Source of the DNA: Candidatus Zhuqueibacterota bacterium
GTDB taxonomy: Bacteria; Zhuqueibacterota; Zhuqueibacteria; Thermofontimicrobiales; Thermofontimicrobiaceae
Assembly (NCBI GenBank): GCA_049322915.1
Contig: JBMOPW010000035.1
Span: 96,001 to 160,000, forward strand
Reading direction: 5' to 3'
Length of the DNA stretch: 64,000 nt
The position numbers were made by a program, and so were the translations under genes. Each line of letters begins with the position of its first letter. Positions within the stretch are counted from its first letter, which is position 1. Shown here one piece after another: positions 8,402 through 18,588 of the stretch. The notes beneath the pieces are model-generated. The model did no database searches. It was not told where the DNA came from and saw only the letters and a list, made by a program, of their open reading frames with translations.

Positions 8402-9025
8402 TTGAAAAGGATGAAATTGAAATCACGATTCACAACACGAGACATTGCACTTATTTCGCTTCTTGCAGCGCTGTGGGCCGCGCTCGAAATATCATTGGGC
8501 AGCGCGTTGAAGCTGTTCAAAATCCCGTTCTCAGGTTCTATCCTGACGTTTTTGGGATTGTTCATCATCTTCGCCGGCCGCTGCTCTCTCTCCAGACGCG
8601 GGAGCGTGGTCATTATGGGCGCCACAACCGCGTTTCTCAAGCTCGTTTATTTGGGTGGACTGGCGCTGTTTCCGGTCACTGGAATATTGATCGAATCGGT
8701 TCTGGTCGAATTGATCCTGAAAAAGCAACCACCGACTCGAATAGAATTTTTAGTCGCTGGTTCTGCCGGACTGCTCTGGAGTCTGTTTCACCCGTTCTTC
8801 GCGCAGGGCGTGCTGGCTGGCTGGGGCTTGCTCCGGGTTTATGTGCTTGTTATCGAGAGGGGCACGCGCTTGCTGGGAATAGAGTCTCAGTATGCCTGGA
8901 TTGTCTTCGCTGTTTTAATCTTCATCCATGCCGCGTTGGGGCTGCTGGCTGGTTCGCTGGGCTGGAAATTTTCTCGCATCATTTTGCACCGCTCGCACAC
9001 GGCGCCCGTCCATAAAATTGCATAA
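8402..9025 (+). CDS. Integral membrane protein, ECF S-component-like
   Basis: N-terminal 'FTTRDIALISLLAALW', 5-6 TM segments, about 200 aa. The start may be the ATG at 8411. Confidence 0.7.
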   Translation: MKRMKLKSRFTTRDIALISLLAALWAALEISLGSALKLFKIPFSGSILTFLGLFIIFAGRCSLSRRGSVVIMGATTAFLKLVYLGGLALFPVTGILIESVLVELILKKQPPTRIEFLVAGSAGLLWSLFHPFFAQGVLAGWGLLRVYVLVIERGTRLLGIESQYAWIVFAVLIFIHAALGLLAGSLGWKFSRIILHRSHTAPVHKIA

Positions 9026-9271
9026 CTATTTATTCTCGATTCCCTTGGCCGCCATTTCCAACTGGTCGGAAGCGATGACTGCGGGCTTGCCAATGAGGGC
9101 CAAATCGCGGACATACTCTGCCGACGCTCCATTTTCCGCGGCGACGCAGGCTTTAAATGCAATCTCGGCGATTGGCAAACAGCATTCAGCCATCAGCTCT
9201 TTCAAAAGCAATAAATAGAAACAGTTGCAGGGTTTCACCCATCTGGTGACAGGATAATTCCATCTGAACAT
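9026..9271 (-). CDS. Hypothetical small protein
   Basis: 81-aa ORF with AGGAA upstream that fills the gap between genes. No family recognised. Confidence 0.3.
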   Translation of the reverse strand: MFRWNYPVTRWVKPCNCFYLLLLKELMAECCLPIAEIAFKACVAAENGASAEYVRDLALIGKPAVIASDQLEMAAKGIENK

Positions 9272-9323
9272 GCTGTTATTCCTGTCGCTTGATCGCTTCT
9301 TTTAGGTTGATATAAGAAAGGCA

Positions 9324-9345
9324 GCGCAGAACGTGCATTCTGCGC
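9324..9345 (-). terminator. Probable terminator of the 9373-11256 gene
   Basis: GCGCAGAA/TTCTGCGC stem with a T-rich tract downstream on the minus strand. Confidence 0.45.
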
Positions 9346-9372
9346 CACCGCATTACTCACGAATCGAAATGT

Positions 9373-11256
9373 TTACCGCGCCAGGATCATCTTTCTCACC
9401 TGGTCTGCTTCAGCCGTTTTCAGCCGATAGAAATAAACGCCGCTGGTGACCCGCGCCCCGGCGTCGCTTCGGCCATCCCAGGAAATTTGATGAAGGCCGG
9501 CATCCATGTGGCCGTCAATCAGCGTTCGAATGAACTGGCCGCGGGCGTTGAAAATCGTCAATCGAACCTCCATTGGCCGTGGCAGTGCAAAAGAAATCTG
9601 GGTTGATGGATTGAATGGATTGGGATAATTCTGGATCAGCTCAATAGTTTCGGGCAGTGTCGAAGGATCCATATCGCTCACCGCGCTGCCCTCGGAGAGG
9701 ATGAAATTCTGTCCTGTCTGCTGCATCCCGGTGAAAATATCCAGATACAGCATGGCAGGCGTCGAATGGTAATTCGCCTGATATACACCGATTTGCCAGT
9801 ATCCCTCCGGGATATTTTCAAAGGAATAATTGCCGGCTCCGTCGGTGTAGCTGATCAAATAACCCTGAGCATTCAATTCATTATCATTCACGGCAACGAC
9901 GTAGACATCCGCTGCCGGCGCACCGCTGGCGTAGCTCACAGCGCCCGAAACGGACGTGACTCCGGCATCCACATCGAAATCGAAATCCTTGCCGGTCACC
10001 GTTTGATTCTCGCCGACAGCCACCTGCTGATAACCAAACGCCGGCGTCGTTAATGTGTAGCCATCCTTTGTCGCCTGCAACATGGTCAGCACACCCGGCT
10101 TGACTCCCAATCGATAATCACCATTGTCATCGCTGAGAGTCTGGTAAAAGTTCAACTCGAATGTGGTGAAATCCATGGCCATTCCATTTACAGTCACCCC
10201 GGCAAGACCGGCCCCATCGATCGTGCATTTGCCGGTGATGAACGACGTGTATTTTTTGAACACGAAATTCGATGTCAGCGTTTCATTTTCGCTGATCGTC
10301 AGTGTGTCAGTCTCCGGTTCAACGTAGCTATCGGTCGGCCAGGGGAAACCCTGATTGAAACCGGCATTGGCCAGATAACTCACCACGATATACACTGTCC
10401 CGGGCATCACGCCAATTCGGTACTGGCCCTGGGCATTGCTCATGGAATAGGAGAAGAAATCGGTCATTTCATCGGACCCGGCATAGATAAACACGCCGGG
10501 AACCGGCGTTCCCTCTTCGGTGGCGAGCTGACCTTCCACGAAACATGGGAACAGCGCCAGACTGATGTCCACTGTTTGGTTTTCAGCGCCGGTCACAGTC
10601 ACGTTCACCGTATCTGAAGGCTGATGATTGGGCACAATTTCGTACGCGACGACCTTCCAGTTGCCGGGAATGACAGCAATTTTGTAATCCCCGTTGGCGT
10701 CGGAAATGGCGCCGCGTGTCTCACCTGTACTTTCAGCCGTGACAATCACATTTTGAATCGGATTACCAGTGGTCTGATCCGTCACCCTTCCCATGATGAA
10801 TGGCGGCTGGTATTCCGCCAGAATCGTGAACTGCACCTGATCTGTGGAGCCGTCTTCATCCGTCATCCGGAAGATGCCGGTCATGCCGGTCGGCACCAGC
10901 ACCTCTTCCATGTCGAAAGTGACAGTCGTGGTTATTTTGCCATCGACGCCGGTCTCGTCGCCGGGCAAATCGTTCTCAGGCGCGTTCGGATCGCGAATCC
11001 AGCCAATGCCGTCAGTGATAATATTGAAGCCAAACGTGGGTTCCTGAAAGTTGATTTGTCCATCGCCATCGATATCAAGAAAATATTCAATAATCAGGCT
11101 ATTACCGGCCCGGGCCAGATCGCCGGTGAAGACGAACTCTGCCGGGAACTGAGTCACCTGAATTGATTTCTGACCGTTCAATTTGGCGTTGGTAATTCCC
11201 AAGACCACCGCCGGGACAAATAAAAGCACTACAAAAAAAATGATACATCGTCTCAT
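9373..11256 (-). CDS. Secreted protein with tandem carboxypeptidase-regulatory-like (prealbumin-fold) domains and a C-terminal FlgD-Ig/T9SS-like sorting domain
   Basis: SD AGGAGG and signal peptide MRRCIIFF…. Four 'G.V….G.P..GV.V…D..G.Y' repeats, an EF-hand-like DIDGDGQINFQE, and the tail QNYPNPFNPST…WDG…SGVYFYRL. Confidence 0.9.
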   Translation of the reverse strand: MRRCIIFFVVLLFVPAVVLGITNAKLNGQKSIQVTQFPAEFVFTGDLARAGNSLIIEYFLDIDGDGQINFQEPTFGFNIITDGIGWIRDPNAPENDLPGDETGVDGKITTTVTFDMEEVLVPTGMTGIFRMTDEDGSTDQVQFTILAEYQPPFIMGRVTDQTTGNPIQNVIVTAESTGETRGAISDANGDYKIAVIPGNWKVVAYEIVPNHQPSDTVNVTVTGAENQTVDISLALFPCFVEGQLATEEGTPVPGVFIYAGSDEMTDFFSYSMSNAQGQYRIGVMPGTVYIVVSYLANAGFNQGFPWPTDSYVEPETDTLTISENETLTSNFVFKKYTSFITGKCTIDGAGLAGVTVNGMAMDFTTFELNFYQTLSDDNGDYRLGVKPGVLTMLQATKDGYTLTTPAFGYQQVAVGENQTVTGKDFDFDVDAGVTSVSGAVSYASGAPAADVYVVAVNDNELNAQGYLISYTDGAGNYSFENIPEGYWQIGVYQANYHSTPAMLYLDIFTGMQQTGQNFILSEGSAVSDMDPSTLPETIELIQNYPNPFNPSTQISFALPRPMEVRLTIFNARGQFIRTLIDGHMDAGLHQISWDGRSDAGARVTSGVYFYRLKTAEADQVRKMILAR

Positions 11257-11519
11257 GTCGTTTACCTCCTGGATGTTATTCAAATGAGATTTTACAATGG
11301 CTGCGCGAGCCGGATGTTCGCTCAGGCTGCAACCGAAATATTTAAAATGACAAACTAAAAATACGGTAATTCTTCAAAGAAGCAAGTCATTTTTAATATG
11401 TTAACTTTTTTTCTTTTATTTGAAATGCCATGATTTTCAATTCTGAAATTAGAAATCTCCGGCCCGATTCCACGGTAACTGAGTAGTCATTTGTAGTACA
11501 CAAAGACTGCCAACCGATC

Positions 11520-11926
11520 GTTCGGGATTGTCATCCCGAACAAAATATTTTTGTAACTGCTCAGCCACCAAGTCTCAAAGGCGCGAATAAAAAGATACAT
11601 CTAACCTGAATTATTCATGAACTTGCTCAGAATTTGATTCAACATTCAGATTTTCAATTAGCTAAAGGCTAAGCTATGTATCCACTCAATAAAAGATGGA
11701 AATGCCATTGCGAGGAACGTTTTCTGTGACGAAGCAATCCCGTGATTTACCCCAGGAGATTGCTTCGTCCCGATAAATCGGGACTTCGCAATGACACGTT
11801 TTCTTACCATAACTTATTGAGCGGATACTAAGCTATTTTGAAACTCAGTTTGTATACGTTTATTCTAAAAAGAGCACCATTCAGGTTAGCCAGCCTCCTT
11901 TAAAAATACTATGAATAATGCAGGCT
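11520..11926. repeat. Nested MITE/REP-like palindromic elements
   Basis: Outer IR 11603-11618/11911-11926, inner IR 11678-11692/11814-11828, core palindrome 11703-11796 and a separate hairpin at 11520-11541. Confidence 0.7.
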
Positions 11927-12275
11927 GAATTCTCGATTCAGAAAAGCTGAACGTGGTTTAAAGAAATTGAATCTCACAAGATATGGTGGCTGACCAGTTA
12001 CATTCGCGGTTCAGAAACCGGACTGATTTTAAACTTGATTTTGTCCTGCGTTTTTTTTATTATTGAACTGTCCTCCAAAATACGCAGTGCGTTTTTTTCA
12101 AGAAAATAGCGCCCGTTCGCCACATTAACCAGACCAGGATTTTCAATGTTTGCTTTGCTGAAAAAAATCATGGAAACCATTCACCCCAAATAGCAAAGGG
12201 AATGCGACTCGGCGGCTCAGCGTTTCATGATCATGTAACCAAATCCCATCAGTCCGCGTCACAAATCATGACGAT

Positions 12276-15200
12276 ATGAACCTGATAAAGCTTTCCATCG
12301 AACGACCGGTAGCGGTCTCCATGTTTTTTCTTGCCGTAATTGTCACTGGATTTATGTCCCTCTCGCGACTGCCACTGGAGCTAACGCCGGATGTGGATTA
12401 TCCCCAGCTATCCGTGACGACGAGCTGGCCCAACAGCTCCGCTGAGATGGTGGAAGCCTTTATCACGGCGCCCATTGAAGCGGTCGCCCAGACGCTGGCC
12501 GATGTGCATAAAGTGAGCTCCGTTTCCAACGAGGGAAGCTCCAGCATCACCATCGAGTTGCTGCGCGAGGCCAATGTCGATTTCATCGCCCTGGAATTGA
12601 ACGAAAAATTGGCGGTCATCCGAAAACAGCTCCCCTACGGCTCAACCGCGCCGAAGATCGATAAGTACATTCCCAGGGAATTTCAGACCGAAGCGTTTTT
12701 GTCCTACCAGCTATTTGGCGATTTCACGCCGCTGGAAGTTCGACAATATGCGCTCAAGCATATTCACGGCGCGCTGTTGGGCGTGGACGGCGTCGCTGAC
12801 GTCTTGATTTTCGGCGGTCAGGATGAGGAAATCCACATCGTCCTGGACGAGGCCAAAATGAAATTGTTGGGTTTGCGCTATAGCGAGATCACGTCGGCCA
12901 TTCGCGAAATGTCGGTTGAATCCACCGCAGGGCGAATTTACCGGGGCGACTATAAATACGACATCGTGGTCAGAAATCCCATCCGATCGGTTGCCGAAAT
13001 TTCCTCGATCCAAATGAAAAATGATCGAAATCAGCTCGTCCGCCTGTACGACATTGCCAGGATCAACCACAGCGTGCAGGACGTGCGGCAGATCAGCCGC
13101 ATCAATGGCAATCCGGCCATTCGCATCGAAATTGTCCGGGAACCAGGAACGAACACGATAAAAGTGGCTGATCAGGTGTTCGCGAAAATCGAAGAACTGC
13201 AGAAAAAGTTTCCGGCAACAATGAGCCTGATAAAGGAGTTCGACCAGAGCGAACGGATTCGGAAAGAACTGAAAGACCTGACCTATCGCGCTCTGTTCTC
13301 CATCGTTGTCATTTTTCTGGTGCTGTTATTTTTCATGCGCAGATTCCGGCTGCCGTTCATCATTCTCTCGACCATATTTTTCTCCGTGCTGCTCACCATC
13401 AATTTTTTCTACGCCGCTGATATCGGGCTGAATCTGCTGACACTGGCCGGCCTCTCGCTGGGATTCGGCATGCTGGTGGATAATGCCATTGTCGTGCTGG
13501 ACAGCATTTACCGTCACTGGCGCAACAATCTGCCACTGAAGGACGCCTGTATTCAGGGCACGTCTGCGGTGAGCCTGGCCATTGTGACCACAACGCTCAC
13601 CACGGTTGTCGCGTTTCTGCCCTTCCTTTACCTTACCGGCACATTGAGACTTTATTACTTTCCTTTTGTCAGTTCCGTTGGTTTTTCACTGCTCTCTTCA
13701 TTGCTCATTGCATTCACATTTATGCCCTCATTAGCCAACCAGATACTCCGCCGCGAATTCTCGCTGCAAAATCAACCGCCGCGGCAGCGCTATCTGGATA
13801 CCAAGGGCAGAGCGATCTACCAGCAGTTGCTCAAATGGACGCTTGGCCATCGCTTCGTCACAGTGCTGCTCACGGCGCTCATTCTGTCGGGCAGCTTTTA
13901 TATCTTTGATAAATATGTCACCAAAGGACAAATCTGGAGCGGCTGGGGCTCGGACACCTATGTCGCCATTTCCATCGGGATGCCAGCCGGCGCGGACATT
14001 GAAAACACGGATAAAGTCGCTCGTTTTTTTGAGGAGAAGCTAATCGGACAGAAGGGCGTCCAAAAATTTGTCACCAATATTTACAATAAAGAGCAGGCCT
14101 CCATCCGAGTCACATTTCCGGATTCGCTGCATTTCACAACAGCGCCGCTCATCGTGAAAGAAAAGATGACGGCGGCCGCAGTGCAACTGGCTGGTATCTC
14201 CATCAGCGTTTATGGATTTGGACCGGGTTTCTACAGCGGTGGCGGCGGCAGCAGCGCCAGTTTCAGATTGAAAGTGCTGGGCTATAATTACAACGAAGTC
14301 AAAAACATTGCCGAACATGTTGGACAAAAACTACAGCGATACAGCCGCGTCCGCGATGTCGATGTGAGTAGTTCCGGCTGGGGCTGGCGCGATAATCGTT
14401 CCGAAATCACCCTGACATTGGACCGCGATGAAATTGCCAAATACAAACTCTCCAATTTCGATGTGTTGCAACAGGTGCAGGCCTATCTACGCGAAAGCCT
14501 GGATTTGAGTAAATTGAAAATCGATGGCCGCGAGGTGTCCTATCGGATCAAAATGGAAGGCTATCATAATTTCACACTGGAGGATTTCAAAAATCTGCTG
14601 CTGGTTTCGCCCGCCGGGGAATCGGTGCGGCTGGAGCGCCTGGCGTCCATTGACGAGAGAAAAGTCATGTCCAGCATCGTGCGCGAAGACCAGCAATATC
14701 GGCGCTGGGTGACATTCGAATATCGCGGCCCGTATAAACTGGGCGATCAACTGGTGGAGACGATTATTAAGACAACCCATCTGCCGGCCGGGTATGAATT
14801 GTCGCGGGAACGCTGGGATTACTTGCAGGACAAGGAGAAGAAGCAGATATATCTCGTTCTGAGTTTGTCTGTATTGCTTGTCTTCATCGTGACGGGCGCG
14901 CTGTTTGAGTCGTTCCGGCAGCCGACCATCATTCTCACCACAATACCGCTCGCGCTGATCGGAATTTTCCTGATCTTCTACCTGACAGATACCAATTTCG
15001 ACCAATCAGCCTACATCGGTGTGATCTTTCTGTCCGGGATTGTTGTGAACAATGGCATCATTCTCGTGGATCACATCAATTTCCTGCGCCGGAAGGGGAT
15101 GCAGAAATCCGAGGCCATCATCACCGGGGCGTCCGAACGAGTCCGACCCATTTTGATGACCACAGCTACCACTATTTTCGGTCTGTTGCCGCTGGTTCTT

Positions 15201-15338
15201 TTCTCGCAGGAAGAAAAGAGCATCTGGTACTCGCTGTCCATCGCCACGATCGGCGGTCTGATCAGCTCGGCGTTCTTTGTGCTGATGGTGATTCCTGTGT
15301 TTTACGATCTAGTGAGCGGGAAGAAGGACGTCCGTTGA
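12276..15338 (+). CDS. RND efflux permease (AcrB/AcrD/AcrF family)
   Basis: 1020 aa. N-terminal SIERPV, GMLVDNAIVV, GIVVNNGII and RVRPILMTT motifs, two large periplasmic loops. Confidence 0.95.
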   Translation: MNLIKLSIERPVAVSMFFLAVIVTGFMSLSRLPLELTPDVDYPQLSVTTSWPNSSAEMVEAFITAPIEAVAQTLADVHKVSSVSNEGSSSITIELLREANVDFIALELNEKLAVIRKQLPYGSTAPKIDKYIPREFQTEAFLSYQLFGDFTPLEVRQYALKHIHGALLGVDGVADVLIFGGQDEEIHIVLDEAKMKLLGLRYSEITSAIREMSVESTAGRIYRGDYKYDIVVRNPIRSVAEISSIQMKNDRNQLVRLYDIARINHSVQDVRQISRINGNPAIRIEIVREPGTNTIKVADQVFAKIEELQKKFPATMSLIKEFDQSERIRKELKDLTYRALFSIVVIFLVLLFFMRRFRLPFIILSTIFFSVLLTINFFYAADIGLNLLTLAGLSLGFGMLVDNAIVVLDSIYRHWRNNLPLKDACIQGTSAVSLAIVTTTLTTVVAFLPFLYLTGTLRLYYFPFVSSVGFSLLSSLLIAFTFMPSLANQILRREFSLQNQPPRQRYLDTKGRAIYQQLLKWTLGHRFVTVLLTALILSGSFYIFDKYVTKGQIWSGWGSDTYVAISIGMPAGADIENTDKVARFFEEKLIGQKGVQKFVTNIYNKEQASIRVTFPDSLHFTTAPLIVKEKMTAAAVQLAGISISVYGFGPGFYSGGGGSSASFRLKVLGYNYNEVKNIAEHVGQKLQRYSRVRDVDVSSSGWGWRDNRSEITLTLDRDEIAKYKLSNFDVLQQVQAYLRESLDLSKLKIDGREVSYRIKMEGYHNFTLEDFKNLLLVSPAGESVRLERLASIDERKVMSSIVREDQQYRRWVTFEYRGPYKLGDQLVETIIKTTHLPAGYELSRERWDYLQDKEKKQIYLVLSLSVLLVFIVTGALFESFRQPTIILTTIPLALIGIFLIFYLTDTNFDQSAYIGVIFLSGIVVNNGIILVDHINFLRRKGMQKSEAIITGASERVRPILMTTATTIFGLLPLVLFSQEEKSIWYSLSIATIGGLISSAFFVLMVIPVFYDLVSGKKDVR

Positions 15339-15372
15339 CCGGCGCCCCGGGTTACAAAGGCGCGGTATCCCG

Positions 15373-16722
15373 TTATTCCCCCCGATTCAACCGCTCCATC
15401 ATGGAATACAATTTCCGGCGGGTAATGCCCAACAATTGAGCAGCGCGGGTTTTATTGCCGGCTGCTTTTTTAATGGCATTCTGAATCAATGTCTTCTCCA
15501 CATCATCGATGGAGATACCCTGTTCAGGAATATCCAGCGGAATCAGGAGAGCGCTGTCCGGTACACCCTGAATTTGAATGGGCAGCAGATCCGGGGTGAT
15601 GGGCTCATCCCCGGCCAGAATAATCATGCGCTCGATGATATTTTCCAATTCGCGGATATTGCCGGGCCAGTGATAATTCATGAGGGCGCGCAGCGTGGAC
15701 GCATCGATTTTGTCTGCCGGCATGTCGTTCTTTTTGAGAAAATGATCGACCAGTTCCGGAATGTCCTCTTTGCGTTCGCGCAGCGGGGGAAGATAGATAG
15801 GAAACACATTGAGTCGGTAGTACAGGTCCTCGCGGAACGTCTCGTTCCGGATCAGCTCTTCCAGATTGCGGTTGGTGGCGGCAATGGTTCGAACATCGAC
15901 CTGGACTGGCGCTTCTCCGCCCAATCGCGTCAACTCCCTCGATTGCAGCACGCGCAACAATTTCACCTGCGTCGCCGGCGCAATATCGCCAATTTCGTCC
16001 AGAAACAGACTGCCGCCCGAGGCCAGTTCGAAGCGACCCAGCTTCTGTCTCTCCGCGCCGGTGAACGCGCCTTTCTCGTGACCGAACAATTCGCTCTCCA
16101 GCAGCGTCTCCGGCAGCGCAGCGCAGTTCACAGCGATTATGGGCCTGGACGCCCGCGGACTCAAATTGTGAATGGCCTGCGCGATCAATTCCTTCCCGGT
16201 GCCACTCTCGCCGCGGATCAACACCGTAGCGTCCCGCGGCGCAACCTTTTCCACCATCTGATACACCCGGCTCATGGCTTCGCTCTGGCCGATGATATTT
16301 TTGATGGAGTACTTGTCCTTCAGTTGGTCTTTGAGCGCCACATTTTCGTGAGCCAATTCTTTCCCCCGGAGGATCTGCTTCACTTTCAATTTGATCTCCA
16401 CCATTTCGAACGGCTTGATGAGATAATCATAAGCTCCCTTGCGCATGGCTTCCACAGCGGTCGGTGCCGTGGCGAACGCGGTCATCAACACCACCTCCGT
16501 CTCCGGCGACGATTTTTTCACCTCTTCCAGCACCTGGATGCCGTCTTTCCCTGGCATTTTCAAATCGGTAATGACAATGTCAAAATCCCCTTTGAGAAAT
16601 TTCGCCACGCCGGAATCCCCGTCGTAGGCCAATTCCACGCTATGATTGTCCAATTCCAGCGCCGCTTTCAGCACGTGACACATTCGCTTTTCATTGTCGA
16701 TGATTAAGATTTTCCCGCTCAT
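15373..16722 (-). CDS. Sigma54-dependent response regulator (NtrC family)
   Basis: Receiver domain (ILIID…TDLKMP…KP), Walker A GESGTGKE, GAFTGA, FLDEIG, WPGNIREL and a Fis-type HTH. Start MSGKIL. Confidence 0.95.
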   Translation of the reverse strand: MSGKILIIDNEKRMCHVLKAALELDNHSVELAYDGDSGVAKFLKGDFDIVITDLKMPGKDGIQVLEEVKKSSPETEVVLMTAFATAPTAVEAMRKGAYDYLIKPFEMVEIKLKVKQILRGKELAHENVALKDQLKDKYSIKNIIGQSEAMSRVYQMVEKVAPRDATVLIRGESGTGKELIAQAIHNLSPRASRPIIAVNCAALPETLLESELFGHEKGAFTGAERQKLGRFELASGGSLFLDEIGDIAPATQVKLLRVLQSRELTRLGGEAPVQVDVRTIAATNRNLEELIRNETFREDLYYRLNVFPIYLPPLRERKEDIPELVDHFLKKNDMPADKIDASTLRALMNYHWPGNIRELENIIERMIILAGDEPITPDLLPIQIQGVPDSALLIPLDIPEQGISIDDVEKTLIQNAIKKAAGNKTRAAQLLGITRRKLYSMMERLNRGE

Positions 16723-16732
16723 GTCCTTTTCC

Positions 16733-18088
16733 TTATCGCATGGGTAAATAAAACCGGAAGGATGTCCACTGGTCCTGATTGGTTTCCACTTCAATGCGGC
16801 CGCCATGCTTTTCAACAATCTGTTTGCTGATGGCCAGACCGAGGCCGCTGCCCGATGATTTCGTCGTGTAAAATGGCTCGAACACTTTCGTCGCATCCCC
16901 GTCGATGCCCGGCCCATTATCGACAACGGCTACCCGGGCGTAGACGCCATTTTTCACTTTCACCCGATTGACCTGAATTTTAATGACGCCCAGATTTTCA
17001 ACAGCCTGGTACGCATTGATAAGCAGATTGATGAGCACCTGCTGGATGGCGTTGGCGTCGAAAGCGAATGAATCGAGCTTGTCCGGCGCCTGGACAGAAA
17101 TATCCACCTGCTTTTCAGAATCATCCCGCTCCATCGCCGCCACTGCCTTTTCCACCACGTCGATCAAATTTGCGCTCTTCAGATCCAGCTTCGGCTCCCG
17201 GGCGAACGACAGAAAATGATTGACCAGCGTGTTGAGCCGCCTCACTTCAGCGGAAATGTAATCGAACAATTCGTCCGAAGTATTCTCCCGGGAATACTTC
17301 TCCTTGAGCACATCGGCCGTGCCTTTGATGATGCCCAGTGGATTGCGGATTTCGTGCGCCACGGAAGCCGCCATCTGTCCCATCACCGCCAGCCGCTCTT
17401 TCTGCTGCAACGACTGGTGCGTGCGAATGAGCAGGGTTATCAGCCACGAGATGAAAAATGCAAAGATCACGATGAGCCCGAGACTCAGCAGGCTGCCGAA
17501 GATCAGCCCGCGCTTGAACATCGCGAGCAACTGGAAAAAATCGGCGTTTGCCTCCAGCACCAGAATCGCCGGCACTTCGAGAAATTCATTGGTGAGCGGC
17601 GCATAGACATTTTTGAACCGATTGCCTTCGACCAGATGGATGGGAGAAACAGAGATATTGCCCAGCCAGGCGGAATCGATCACGGCGATGTCCTGACTCA
17701 AATAGGTCCGCTGGTTGCCAAAAAAACTGTGGCGGCCATCGTCCAGAACCACCTGATTGGTCCGGTCGATGATATAGGCTGCCTCCAGCTCCTGCTGGTC
17801 GAGCAGCCGGGTCAGTTCCGGCTGAATGAGCCCGCGCCGCCATCGCTCGTCCTCGCTGGCGATGATCGCTTCCACATCGCTGGTGTTGATATTGCGCACC
17901 ATCAGCCCGGCAATGGAAATGAGCCGCTTCTCCAACTCTTTCTCCAGGAAATGCTGCATGCGATACAGGAAAAACCAGCTTCCCAGGTTGAATAGCACCA
18001 GCATGATGACGGTGGAGAAAACCAGGAACCGGAGATAAAATTTTCGTTTTTGAAGCAGACGCTCTTCTGTGTTCAACGTCCCGGTCAC
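16733..18088 (-). CDS. Membrane sensor histidine kinase
   Basis: Two TM segments flanking a periplasmic domain. H-box AHEIRNPL, N-box NLLINA, DNGPG, FEPFYTTK and GSGLGL. The start is placed at the GTGA overlap (the ORF extends to 18118). Confidence 0.93.
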   Translation of the reverse strand: MTGTLNTEERLLQKRKFYLRFLVFSTVIMLVLFNLGSWFFLYRMQHFLEKELEKRLISIAGLMVRNINTSDVEAIIASEDERWRRGLIQPELTRLLDQQELEAAYIIDRTNQVVLDDGRHSFFGNQRTYLSQDIAVIDSAWLGNISVSPIHLVEGNRFKNVYAPLTNEFLEVPAILVLEANADFFQLLAMFKRGLIFGSLLSLGLIVIFAFFISWLITLLIRTHQSLQQKERLAVMGQMAASVAHEIRNPLGIIKGTADVLKEKYSRENTSDELFDYISAEVRRLNTLVNHFLSFAREPKLDLKSANLIDVVEKAVAAMERDDSEKQVDISVQAPDKLDSFAFDANAIQQVLINLLINAYQAVENLGVIKIQVNRVKVKNGVYARVAVVDNGPGIDGDATKVFEPFYTTKSSGSGLGLAISKQIVEKHGGRIEVETNQDQWTSFRFYLPMR

Positions 18089-18588
18089 GATTTGTCCTCT
18101 CCGAATAGTCTCAGCCATTCGTCCAATTGCTTCGGTGTCACTTCATCAGTGTACTTTTGATTCAGAGAATCCTGGAGCGGCGGTTTGAAGATCCGGGAAT
18201 AGAACTCCTCCGGGGACATGGTCTGTGCGCCATTCTGCCGGGCATAAAAAATGAGGTCATTATCCGCAGACACCAGATGCAGCGATCGCTTGTCGCCTGC
18301 GTCCCGGATCAGTTTTTTGATCACAGGGTCCGCTTTCTCCGGCGGCTTGGAATAAATCACGCGGGGCCATTGCGGCGTTGGCCCGGTCGTCGCGGACGGT
18401 CTGATTTGGTCGCCGTCGAAGACAACCGTACATTGAATCGCATGGCCGGAGCGATAGGTCTGAAGCAGGCTCAGCAGGATGTTTCTGGCGTGTTCCAGGC
18501 TTTTGCCCAGCGCATCCCGAAGCCGCGGGACCAGGTGAATCATATTATACCCGTCGATGATGTAATGCGGATTCATGGCGAATCTCAC
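18085..18588 (-). CDS. NYN-domain (YacP/Rae1-like) ribonuclease
   Basis: IIDGYN, VVFDG, ADPVI and VSAD motifs of the YacP-like NYN family. Confidence 0.88.
   Translation of the reverse strand: MRFAMNPHYIIDGYNMIHLVPRLRDALGKSLEHARNILLSLLQTYRSGHAIQCTVVFDGDQIRPSATTGPTPQWPRVIYSKPPEKADPVIKKLIRDAGDKRSLHLVSADNDLIFYARQNGAQTMSPEEFYSRIFKPPLQDSLNQKYTDEVTPKQLDEWLRLFGEDKS

Noticed and set aside
15436..16707. 423-aa plus-strand ORF, and similar long antisense ORFs (17216-17995, 23245-24087, 32168-32983, 34272-35081, 43367-44212)
   Set aside because: They lie antisense to well-supported genes and show no recognisable motifs, so they are treated as shadow ORFs.
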